Shown in pieces: positions 11,701 to 23,000 of a DNA stretch of 64,000 bases; positions within the stretch are counted from its first letter, which is position 1, and the number at the start of each line of letters is the position of its first letter. The notes beneath the pieces were generated by a model, which searched no databases, was not told the origin of the DNA, and saw only the letters and a program-made list of their open reading frames with translations. Position numbers and translations under genes: made by a program. Source of the stretch: Psilocybe cubensis (lineage: Eukaryota); NCBI GenBank assembly GCA_017499595.2, contig CM039003.1, positions 2,790,001-2,854,000 of the forward strand, written 5' to 3'.

Positions 11701-13450
11701 GCACCAGGTCAATCCAAGGTGTGTTTCCTCTTCGATGTTTTGATTTTTCTTTCTGCGTCTCATGCTAATGGCCGTAACAGATATGTCGACCATGTCGTCT
11801 AACCCCATCGAGAGGATTAAGCGTGGGTCCCTCTCTCAGGTCATGGAAGCAGCGAGGATGAAAGGCAAAAGAGGAAAGATCCTCAATGCCCTCGACATCC
11901 CTTTACCTCATGCAGGCGCTCACTCTTTTGACTTGAGTACTGAGGCGGCTGCTCTTCGGGCTACATCTGGTAGCTGGAAGTATAGTACCCCCGTCCCATT
12001 TGGTGATATGTCGTGGGGACTCGTAGCTACAGAGGGGGCATTTTCAGATATCCATATCGATGCCAATGGTTTCTGTTCCTTCATCCAACCTCTTCATGGA
12101 CTGAAGCTGTGGATTATCATGTATCCCAGACGGTTGGATGTTGACCTTTCTTCTGACCGCCGTGTATTTCTGGGAGACAAGCTGGATTACGGGGAAACGC
12201 ACCACCAAGACTGGATTTACGAGGCGATTGTTCTCGATAACCAGTCAGAACTGTATGTGATTTTTGAATGTCCTACCCATTTGATTATATTGACGCTACT
12301 TTGAAAAACAGCTTCATGAGACCGAATACTCTACATATGGCGTATTCTATCTCCTCAGTGGTTTGCCGTGGCGGACATTTTTACTCCTCCACTTCCTTCG
12401 AAGAAACCCTGACAGGAATCATTCACTGTTTTACCGCTGGATACAGGGCAACGAATACGAATCATTCAACGTCCCGATTTTTCCTGCAGCAAACCATACA
12501 TTGGTTCTACAAGGTTTTGGTTGAAGGTGACAGCGACCCAGAAGGTATGAGGTTTTTTACCGTTTCCTACAAGATATCTGATTCTTTTCTTCTATTTTCT
12601 CTCAGATTTTTATGAAATGTACCATGTCCCATTCTACAGTACGCAGTCCGGATACTCGAGCTTGATAGCTCTGTGCGTGTGCATGATCTTGGCAAATGCG
12701 CTCGACTACGAGACCTATCGAAATCCCGATCAGATGTTCTCCACCAAGACTTCGGCACAGTTAGACGCATGGATGCGGTGGGATACCAACAGCCTGAGCA
12801 ACGAAGAGCGCAAGGCGTGCATCTTTGCCCGTGGCGAAGCCTTGGCTATTCTAGAGTGGCTATGTCATCGCACGAAGTCCATCCACTACATGATTGAGAC
12901 GGACAAAAACAAGGATGCACAAAATATCATGGCGACAGAAAAGTTCCATGAAATGATACTTTGCCGCTATGCCCGTATGATTCTAGCCTACGACGCAGAA
13001 GCCAAACATAACAACATTGGTGGTGCCCCTTGCTGTACCGACACCAGTTTGCTTTTTGTCCAGCTTCAGGGCGTCTGCAGCGGAGAATTGAACAAGGTTA
13101 TATGTCGCAGTATCGACCAGCTTCCTCGTTCCTCGGTCCCAAAGATGCTCAAGTTACCCGTAATCACTCTCATTGACTGTGATGCCTGTGCGGATTCCTC
13201 AACGCAATTGAGTAGGTGGACCAGTGTCTGCCTTTGGATATTCACTAACCACGTCACAAACTAGGAACTCCCAAGGAGATTCTGGAACTTGGTACGAGTG
13301 TGAGGGATAAACTGTATCTGGATGGCATGAAAGTCAAGCTGGAGAGCACAAATCTGAGTACGTGTGTTCGATTATGCCTTTACGTCGCAAATGCTTATCT
13401 CTTCATCAGAATCAGAGTCTGTTCCGCCTTCTAAACGACGGCGACTTTGA
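8738..13450 (+). CDS. Large multi-exon JmjC-domain (2OG-Fe(II) dioxygenase) protein with acidic low-complexity middle
   Basis: GT-AG splicing gives one continuous frame through ORFs 8968, 9340, 10360, 11403, 11762, 12268 and 12617. JmjC motifs GAFSDIHIDANGF...GLKLWII (HxD) and FMRPNTLH...CRGGHFY (distal His). Ends in NLS-like PPSKRRRL*. The start codon appears split A|TG by intron 8739-8788. Confidence 0.75.
10378..10563 (+). repeat. 93-bp in-frame tandem duplication (31 aa x2) inside the JmjC gene
   Basis: VSMGQ(R/Q)ENGDNTVPTS(N/D)IQPPEDTSSVAGKD repeated at 10378-10470 and 10471-10563. Confidence 0.95.
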
Positions 13451-13921
13451 TATTGTACAACACATTGACACACATCTTGATTTACATACATGCCATGTTT
13501 TATTTAGTACTGAAAGGCGTGTATGTCCTGTAACATAATGACGATTGTTTTATTATCTGTAGTTGTGTGCTGCTCGTATCGCCAGACCAATACGCAAATT
13601 CTCGCTGGGATGAAAGCTTCTGGCTTTACTGTAACTGCTGTGCGTTTGAATTTATCATCAAGGTCAATGAAATCAACTAACTTACGTTTGTTGATGCTTC
13701 TTCCACCCACTTCAAAAAATGTGTTAGTGTCTTTGTTCTGGTGCGTATATACAGTAAAGCTCTTCCGAAGCCCTCCTTGGATTGTACTACGGATTGGTTG
13801 AATACTAACCCATGTGAAATTTGTTTGTATTAACGGAGACATAATCAGATAACATTTATAGACCCACTGCACGTTACTGAACATTACATTATCAGTTTTT
13901 TTTTCGTATCTTCGCTTTTGT

Positions 13922-16900
13922 ATGAGTCGTTGTTTCAACATGGGAAAGGGCAAGGGCAAGAGAACTCAGGAAATCTGTGTGCGTTGTCCTCGATGCAACA
14001 AGCCATTCGCTAAGCATGCAGATGTCCAAAATCACATCAATCAACCAAAATCGGCATGTCGTTTTCAATATGAGAACGTTATGCATTTTCAGTCCAATCG
14101 TTCAAGCTCTACATCTAGATCAGCAACCCCCGTATCTCGAGACCCTTCTCCCGAAATTGGTAATTTTATGGAAGTGGACTATATCGACAATTTTCTTGGC
14201 GCGTCATCAGAGATGGAAGATGACCCACCCCCCAAGGCATCAAAATACAACTATCCGTACGTGAAGGAGGATTATAACGGGGCTGGAAGAGCATTTGGAA
14301 CAGGCCTTACATTCATGGATCAGCTCAAACAGGATCAATTCGAACCCCAGCGGGCGGAAAATTTGTACTATCCTTTTGCCTCGAAAGATGAATGGGAGCT
14401 CTCCCTGTTCCTACTTCGCTCTGACATGAGCGTAGGAATGCTGAATGATTTTTTGAAACTTGAACTGGTAATTGAGCGTACATTCCCATCATTATTTATT
14501 TCAGCTGAGTCGATCCCGTATAGATAAAAAAACTCAACTTGTCCTACAAGTCGGCAAAAGATCTACGCAACCGGGCAGAGATCCTTCCCTCTGGTCCGCA
14601 GTGGAAGAGTCAAACGATCATACCAGAAATACCAAGCAAAAATCAGCTAACGCTTTTTTACCGCGATGGATTGGAATGTATCAAGGCGCTTCTCATCAGT
14701 CCCTTGCTCCAAGATAGCATGCACTTTAGCCCATTCAAGCTCTTCGACAAGTGCAACGAGATGATGCGGGTATACACTGAGTGGTTTAGCGGTGACATTG
14801 CGCATTTTATGCAGGTTAGTAGCAATGCCTTTGTCCAAGTTTGACGACAGTATAACAAGGTTCCCAAGGACCAGCTCCCAAAAGGAGCAACACTTGTACC
14901 TCCTATTATTTCCACGGATAAAACCAACATTTCCAACATGACCGGAGGCCGTGTCGCCTACCCTGGCCTTATCAGCATTGCCAACATAATGATGAACGTT
15001 AGAAACAAATCGTCAAATCATTTATTCCTTCTTTTTGTTCTTCTTCCCATACCAAAGTTTCTTCATCGCTCCAAAGCTGTGAATGGGATGATGGCAGCAC
15101 GGCTATATCACCAGTGCATGGACATTGCTCTAGAATCGGTCAAACAAACTGCGAGGGTGGGAACCACCATGGCAGATGCATTGGGGAATAATCGTTTCTG
15201 CTTTACACCGCTTGCTGCCCTTATCGTTGATACTCCAGAATCTGCTCTGGCGGCTTGCGTCGCAGGATCCACATCCTCTGTGACGTTGGCACAATACGAG
15301 ACGTTTGGGGATTCCTTTCGCCACCCTTCCCGAACTGCAGATCATACAATCAACACCATCATGGCCATCAACAATGTTAAGCCCCCTAATCATCTCGAAC
15401 CATATCTAAAAGAAAGCAAAAAGCACCGTCTCAATGGGGTTCACCTACCGTTTTGGAGAGATTGGCCCTTGTCTGATCCTTCTGCATTCCTTACGCCTGA
15501 ACCCCTTCATCACTGGCACAAGATGTTCTGGGATCATGATGCAAAATGGTGCATTGCTGCAGTCGGAGGTTCCGAATTGGATTTTCGATTTTCGATTTTA
15601 CAGCACCGCACTGGTTTCCGACACTTCAAGGAAGGGATTTCTTCCTTGAAACAAGTGACCGGTAGGGAACATCGGGACGTTCAGCGATGCATTGTTGCTC
15701 TCATTGCAGACACAGTCAGTACACCCTTTATCTTAGCCATCCGGTCTCTGATGGACTTTCGGTATCTCGCACAATCTCAAACAATCTCCGAGGCAATGTG
15801 TCTCAGAATTGAGCAGGCACTGCAAGATTTCCATGCCAATAAACAAGCCATCCTTGACGCGGGAGCACGTCGAGGTAAAAAAAACAACCCAATTGATAAT
15901 TTCTATATTCCAAAACTCGAGTTTTTGCAAAGTGTAGTACACGCAATTAGACTAAATGGATGTGCAATCCAATGGTCTGCAGACACGACAGAGCATGCAC
16001 ATATCGAGGTGGTCAAAGCCCCTTCCAGTTCCAGCAATAATCAAAGATACGAGCCTCAAGTTTGTCGATACCTTGATCGTCGTGACAAATTGCGCAATTT
16101 CGATTTGTTTACAGCTATACGAGAAATGAGGATCGATTTTCGGGCTATACACTCTGCAACAATTACGGATGAGGAGGAGCAGGAGGAGGGGGATGAGGGG
16201 GAGGAAAACGGCGAGGTTGTGATGGACACAACGTCAGAACTTCTTTCAACAATCATGCCGATGACAACCTTTCAATCAGCAAAGTCCAATCGCATTGTGG
16301 ATTACTTCTACAAAGCTAGTCTCTATGAGCGTGGCGTATTGGAAGGCCCAGTCCCCTACAGAACATTTTCTTGCAGCAAAAACGTTGTTGCCCATTTATC
16401 TAGGGATGCTAGTTCCAAAAGATTGCATATCGACGAGGTTGCGAGCATTTTTAAAATTCCCGACCTACGACCAGCAATTGCCGATTATGTGTCACTCATC
16501 AATAAGGAATCAAATCCGAGACACACCAATTCTCGAGGTTATCACATCAAGGGGATAACTGGCAGGCGTGTTTCTCCTCCCGGTTGTCCGTTGCCGTATT
16601 CAAAACTTGAGGTATGGCATAAGGTCCGTATACAGTCGACTGCGTACCAATACCCTCATGAGATCCTGGAGGCAGTCACACTTAATGCATATCCGCCATC
16701 TAACAAACATCCTTTTGGATACTTCGATTCAGCAATCATAAACGTGGATGAATCTGAGGAGTGGCCTCGCAGCGGGCTTCAAGGTAGTACTTCTTGGTGA
16801 CTTTTTTCCGAACCCCGTTGACCAGCCAATATTGTAGGCCATTCTGTCGTCGACATTCGTATTATTTTTCGCATTGTCGGAGAGACACCCAGTACTGTGT

Positions 16901-17226
16901 CTCCCGATATTACTGGAAGATTTCTCGCATACGTCCAACGTTTTGAGGTTTTAAATCAGCCACAGTCTCTAGGTTCTGCGATCCGTGGACCTTACCCAGA
17001 GCCAATAACCGGCATGTATAAATTAAAACGAAGTCAACGTACAGATAACACCATTATGGGTGGAATTTTACCATTGAATCAAATACGCTCCCTGGTTGAT
17101 CTGGTCCCTCAGATGGGCGAGAAGGCAAGGCGAAGCCTTACTACACATAACAGTCATTCCACTAGCACCGAGTTCCGATTAAACAAATATTTTGACAAAG
17201 AACTCTATTTGGCCCTGTCATCATAA
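13922..17226 (+). CDS. Plavaka-family transposase (N-terminal CxxC-H-C zinc finger, catalytic core, DUF6830-like C-terminus), 3 introns
   Basis: Motifs CPRCNKPF...H...C, YYPFASKDEWEL, LFYRDGLECIKALL, RVYTEWFSGD, PPIISTDKT (catalytic D), VDTPE, EPLHHWHK, IPKLEFLQ and SADTTEHAHI (catalytic E). Exons join in frame. Confidence 0.88.
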
Positions 17227-17266
17227 CATATCCACCTCAGGAAACCCACAAAGTTTTCAATCCCTA

Positions 17267-17790
17267 ATGCACATTGCCACTCAAATTATCACCCAACACG
17301 CCGGCCTCGTTGTACACAAAGACGACTCGGATCAATATCAACAGCCGCTTCTCACCAGTCCCGCTTTCTCACACTGTATCATCGTCACCTACTGCATATC
17401 CCTCCATCCATCTCATCTCTGCAGAATCAAGTCGTTCTCGCTCATCTTCCGCTCACCACCGCCCAAACTCCAAAGGATTCTTCCCAGAGTGCCTCTTCCT
17501 CTAAACAAAAATTCGCCTCCAGTCTTGTCGGTCCGTCCTGTCCTCAATTAGCGCCCATCTTGCCGGAGATACTCACTTTATTTTTTCAATTCCATTGCAG
17601 ATTAAGCTGTCAGCACCTTATCTGAGATCTGGCGCCCTCAAGACATTCCCTCCCTATTTCTACCCACTGAAGTCCTTTGAGGATTGAGGACATCTGGAAA
17701 CATACTGCAGACAGCACTATGTTATCTCGAAGCCATTCGTCCCAAGGTTCCCAAAATTTGCAAGAGGAAAGCATTGGCCTCTCTCCCACA
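17267..17790 (+). pseudogene. Degenerate, internally deleted upstream duplicate of the cyclin gene
   Basis: ~17390-17660 is a diverged direct repeat of ~17820-18100. 17684-17780 encodes the cyclin-box fragment NILQTALCYLEAIRPKVPKI. It contains a stop (TGA ~17622) and frameshifts. Confidence 0.7.
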
Positions 17791-18910
17791 ATCCATACCT
17801 GCCATGCCTCTGTATCATTACCTACTGAATACCCCTCCATCCGTCTCATTTCTGCAGAATCAAGTCGTTCTCACTCATCTATTCCACCCACCACTGCGCA
17901 AATTCCAAAGGATTCTTCCCAGAGCGCCTCTTCTTCTAAACAAAAATTTTTTTCAAGGCTTGCCGGTCCGTCCTGTCCTCAATTAGCGCCCACCTTGCCA
18001 GAGATACTCACTTTATTTTTTAAATTCCATTGCAGATCAAGCTGTCAGCACCTTGTCCGAGATCTGGCACCCTCAGGATATTCCTTCCGTGTTCCTACCC
18101 CCCGCCAAAGTAGGGGGTAGCTCTTTTCCTCCTACTCATTCCCGTCCAACTTCCAAGCAGATCTCTTCCGATTTGCAATCCATAGCGTCTCATACACATC
18201 CAATACATCCACACAACAGTCATCCCTCCGTATCCGGCCATAACCCTTCCCCGACCCTCTTGCTTGCCTCGGGCACCAAATCCGATCAGATATTACCCCT
18301 CAAGTCTTTTGTTTATAAAGTCCTTCGCCACTCAAGGACATCTAAAAACGTACTGCAGATAGCACTATGTTATCTAGAATCCATTCGTCCCAAGGTCCCA
18401 CAGATTTTGCAAGAGGAAAACATTGGCATTCGCTCTTATGCTCAGCCCAAAAGCAGTATTCAGAAAGCTACCCCAGAAGAGCTGGCGATGGATGCTGAGC
18501 TTACTGCTCTTGAGAACTCCAGCAAGATCAACATCATCAATAATTTCATTGACAATTCTATGCAAACATTCCGTGTTGCCGATTCTGGTTCACAAGATCT
18601 GGCTGAATCGTGCATCTATCCACAAGACTCTCTGTCCAGCGTAGATGTGCAGGTCTCAACGGCTCCTCTTTCCACCACCCTTTCTTTGCCATCTCCCCTC
18701 CTGTGTCCCCGTAGAGCCTTTCTGGCATCCCTCATCCTGGCCTCCAAATTTTCACAAGAAAAGTGTTATTCTAACCGTGCTTGGGCAAGGTTATCTGGTC
18801 TCCCACCTCGTGAAATTGGTCGCTGCGAACGTGCCCTCGCACAAGCCTTGCAATGGCGACTCTGGGTCGGCAAATGCGCCTTTGGTGAGAGTGCTGCAAC
18901 TGCCACATAG
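17719..18910 (+). CDS. PCL/Pho80-family (Pcl5/Pas1-like) cyclin; start codon uncertain
   Basis: Cyclin box LPLKSFVYKVLRHSRTSKNVLQIALCYL...PSPLLCPRRAFLASLILASKFSQEKCYSNRAWARLSGLPPREIGRCERAL...LQWRLWV. Intron 17966-18035 gives KFFSRLADQAVSTLSEIWHPQDIP. Confidence 0.8.
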
Positions 18911-19154
18911 TCTCAATAAGTTTCAACTTTCACGACCGCGCCATGTAGTACGCATTCTCAATAATCACTCTTTTGCTTGCCACCACTACGCGCGCTCCTC
19001 CCGCATTCAGTTAGATAGGCATCTTCTTAGACTAGCCTAGAAAAATCTATAGAACTTTGTTTTACGTATACAGAACCCCTGAAGAATTTTTATACCCGCG
19101 AAGTTTGTTTTCAGCTTGAATTCCAACTACGACAAAGTGAGCGTATCACACACC

Positions 19155-19705
19155 ATGCAAATCATCAGCTATGAGGAAATTTTACGAATCGAAGCAGAAG
19201 TATTGGCCCCTACTTTCCCAGATCTAATACATCCTACAACTTTCCCAGAGGCCGCCTCACTTGCTTCTCAAAGACAGCAATACGACTTGGAAATGGCTCA
19301 GTTAGTTGAGCAGACCCAAAAAATGGTCCTTTTGACCGAGAACAGGCTGATACTGGCCATCCTGGCCCTTTTCAACGAAATTAACTGGACCACCCTGGAC
19401 CCAAGGTTACTATCGTTGGCTAAAGCCAAGATTACCGAGGGTGACCAGTGGCTCAAAGCACGAGCCGTGAGTTTTCTGTTTCTTCAAGTTTCAAGTTGAT
19501 ACTCTTGCTTAAGATAACTAGGAGGAGACACTTCGGGATGCAGACTCAGGCAGCCCCGAGCACATATTGACCCAAGGGATGTCCATTATAGCCAACGGCC
19601 AGATTCATATTCGAACGGTAGAGGTGAGTCACAGTGATAACTACTTTGTTTCTACACTTTCTTAGTAATGGGCAGGATCTCATACGAGAATGTCAGGATC
19701 ATTAA
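19155..19705 (+). CDS. Small alpha-helical hypothetical protein (~147 aa, 2 introns)
   Basis: MQIISYEEILRIEAEV...WLKARA|EETLRDADSG...IRTVE|DLIRECQDH*, with GTGAGT donors and in-frame AG acceptors. Confidence 0.6.
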
Positions 19706-20003
19706 TAGGGTCAAGATACTACATTGTAAATAGACACTTAATTGCCTTTAAAAATGTACATTTTATTGCTTGATATGATTGAAGAGCTTTACTGAGACCA
19801 ATCACATTGGACATCAAACTCTCCTAAGTCTGGAATCGTACATAGAGATAGCTAGGAAAATCCAAAGCTCGCAGTAGTAATGTTGGAATGCTACAGAGCT
19901 CAACGGAGCATCCCGCCGATGACACATGACGCTATACTGTCTACAGCCCACTTTGATGCTACATCCGGTTGGCAGGACAATACGTTGAGTTACCTCCGAA
20001 AAT

Positions 20004-20018
20004 CCGGATTTACTGATG
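20004..20018 (-). repeat. Right terminal inverted repeat
   Basis: CCGGATTTACTGATG followed by the CA TSD. Confidence 0.8.
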
Positions 20019-23000
20019 CATACATGTTATCCGCGTTGTCTGGACTTTATGCCGTGTCTGCGAGCGATGTATGTGCACTAGAAGGAATAGATCTAAGGTA
20101 AAGGTGTTAAATATTACCTGCACATGTTTTGAACAAGACCAGAAATCGAGTGGTGAAGAATGAAGGTGATACGTACATTGATATTACAGTTGCATTCACC
20201 AAGTATTACCGGCATTGCACATGGTGTGCCATTGAAATACATGGTCGTATATCTGCTCTATAGTGTAGTCGAGTATACGAAGCACCACCAAAGTTGATCT
20301 CCGACTCACCAAACGTGTGTTTGTATAATCTCGATTCTAACATTTCTCCATCCCCCATTCGCCCTAGCACTCGTTTCCAAACGTTTGCTTCGGTTCCGGG
20401 TGTCTGATATATTCCCATCAGACCTAAACATTGTTACAACACCTGTCAGTAGAGATGTAACTGAGAACCAACGAAAAAACAAACGAAATTTGTTTGAATG
20501 CGAGGGGGACCTGGACAGCGGATCTACATGGAGAACGGCGCTTGTCGTCGTAATTCAGGTGTGGTGCGCATTTGAAACATTCGAGCGTTACGATACCTTG
20601 AACATTATCGTTCATGGGAGAGGCTGGAGCCGAGTGAAGTCGAAATTGGATCGACGCTTGTATTCGAAGTATAATGCACAATAGACAAATCGTAGAATAC
20701 ACGCAATTGGAATTATCCAGGTAATTGGGTGGACCAGGAACAATTATCGCCACCTAGTATACCATAGCGAAGACGGTTTGTTATTCCAGAATATCAACCC
20801 AACCTCAAATCATCAACATACCTGTGCAAATACGACATGCTCCTCCTCCCCCAATACATCCATTTTCCGCGCTCAAAACGCTTGTTCCTCACGCGGACCT
20901 GAGTTCCTTGCATCACGGAGTTACATATGGACGCATCACAGCATGCTGGAATGAAAAGTAGACTGTTGAATATTGAAGACGCACCACAATTGCAGGTGCC
21001 GTATGGTGCGATTAGGATGATCGCCCCGGGTTGTCTATGTTTCCAGGGCAAATATCGGCACGTAAAGTGTTTAGTTTGATGTGAGAATGCCCAGAGATAC
21101 TCTGAGCGAGCGATGGAGTGGATAACATAGCCCGGCAGAGACAGAGATTGACAGTTTAAAGCTCATGTAGCCATTAATCCGAGTTCCATAGCAGCAAAAC
21201 ATATGATTTTCAAGGCAAATCCACAAAGCAGCAGCAGCAGCACAGAACAGATAGATCCCATAGAGCTAACCATCCATAGCAAAGCAATTCAAATCTCGAA
21301 TCTCGAAATCTAACAAACAGGGAACGGGGAGATGCAAGTCGAATGAAAGACGAACCACACATGTTGCGCAACCTCTCGCTTAGCGCCCGCTTGTCTCGTT
21401 CGCGTCTTTCCCCTTTCAAACATGGGCGTCACGTTTGCGTTTTCAACATACACACGAATGCGGATATACATGCCAGCAGAGAGAGGTACGGAATTGTATA
21501 AAAGGAGGGGTGAGAGCTGACCGGATTTCCTCATCCCCCTCTCCCATTCGCACTCTGCCTCCAGCTCCCTTGTCCGCTCTCTTCTCTCGACGCTTTTGGT
21601 GAGTTTGTACACCATTTCCCGTTGTTCAGGACTGACGCAGTCGTACAGGGAAGGCTATGAGGTACCAAGGTAAGTACCTTGTCACTGGTGTACACACTAT
21701 CACTCACCTAGGCCGATCAACGCGTCCAGAGTGTTCTCCCAGCGATAGCCCATCCAACTTGAAGGCACGGTAAGCGGTTTGCATCCTGATTGTTCAGAAT
21801 TCCAGTGCTGACCTCTTTACTCCTGCGTCGTGATTGGATCCCCGTAGCCCCTCGAGAGTGGTCTTGCCGGGTGAGGTACTCGCAGGCTTGCGCAGTATAC
21901 CAGCAGCTCCTAAAACGCGCCGTCGCTGCGATTTGACCGCCCAACAATGCCCCCGCGTTCCTTCATGCTGCCCCGCCTTGAAACACAAGCATGTCAAAGG
22001 CCATACAAAGTGTTAGTGTGCTCGACAACCCCATTTTGATGCTGTACTCACCAATGTCATGCACAACTAGAAAACATGGTACTGACGCACCTTGTCAGCA
22101 CATCCACCATTGACGACGGTCCTTGTGACCCCCACAAGAACCGCCAACGCCACCTTGCTCCCCGAGCACAATCTTGATGCGGCATTGTCGTGTTGGGCAG
22201 CATCCAATGTACGTGCACCAGCAGATTACATAGCAGTAGCGTGCAACTGATGCTATGCAAGCGTGACAGCGCTATCCCATGTTGGAATGGACCTTTCCGT
22301 TCTCAACACTGTTCTGGATGACCGGCATGTTGGATGATGCAGACCGAGAGGCGGGAGATAGGTCACTGTTCTTGATGACCGGCCAATGACACGATGGAGG
22401 GTGCAGACGGAGATGCGGGAGAGACAGGTATGTGAGTGAATTGTGATGACCATGCGCATGTTGCTTACCCTGTGCAGAACATTCCCCTCGAGTCATGGTT
22501 CTGGACAGTAACAACGACCTTGCGAGAGTGCCGTCAGAACCCGTGCTCGAGTGGCGGCCCTTGAATCAATCCGACAGCTGTGTTGAGGCCAATTTGTGGT
22601 GTATCTAGCAGTGACAACAGACCTCCAGAGTGTCGTCAGAACCCGCGCTCGAGTGTTGACCATCTTGTCAGCCCGAAAGGTGTGTGGTGGTGAGTGTGTT
22701 GAGTCCAGGTTTTGGTGAGTGACCTCAACGACACGGTAAGCAGACCAAGCCCATATATGCGATCAATGTGACTAACGTACCTGTCCTCTTGTCAACAGTT
22801 GTGCTGATAGAATGTGGCAAGATATATGTGAGTTTGACGGGATTGTGGCGGACGCAGAATGGCAAAGCGAAGACGGATGGAATGAGGACAGAGAGCGGGA
22901 GTATGAGAAAGGCACGAGTGAGTGGAGGGATACATGCCAGCGAGGATGACTGTTGTGCACGGCGCGATGGGAGGGACAAGCAAGACAAAGGGATGGGAGT

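Larger units (their letters stand above)
1758..20018 (+). mobile_element. Giant (18,261 bp) Plavaka-family TIR DNA transposon with cargo genes
   Basis: Flanks gaaggcaCA|catcag...ctgatg|CAtacatg rejoin to the empty site gaaggcaCAtacatg at 30541-30555 and 47496-47510. This gives a 2-bp CA TSD (1756-1757, 20019-20020). Imperfect 15-bp TIRs and an internal Plavaka transposase are present. Confidence 0.9.

Noticed and set aside
13504-13959. 151-aa minus-strand ORF between the JmjC and transposase genes
   Set aside because: No recognisable motif, AT-rich intergenic character, and it overlaps the transposase start.
1758-20018. Starship or Polinton/viral identity for the large element
   Set aside because: No tyrosine-recombinase captain, polB, capsid or retroviral-type integrase; the TIR, 2-bp TSD and Plavaka motifs point to a DDE-type element.
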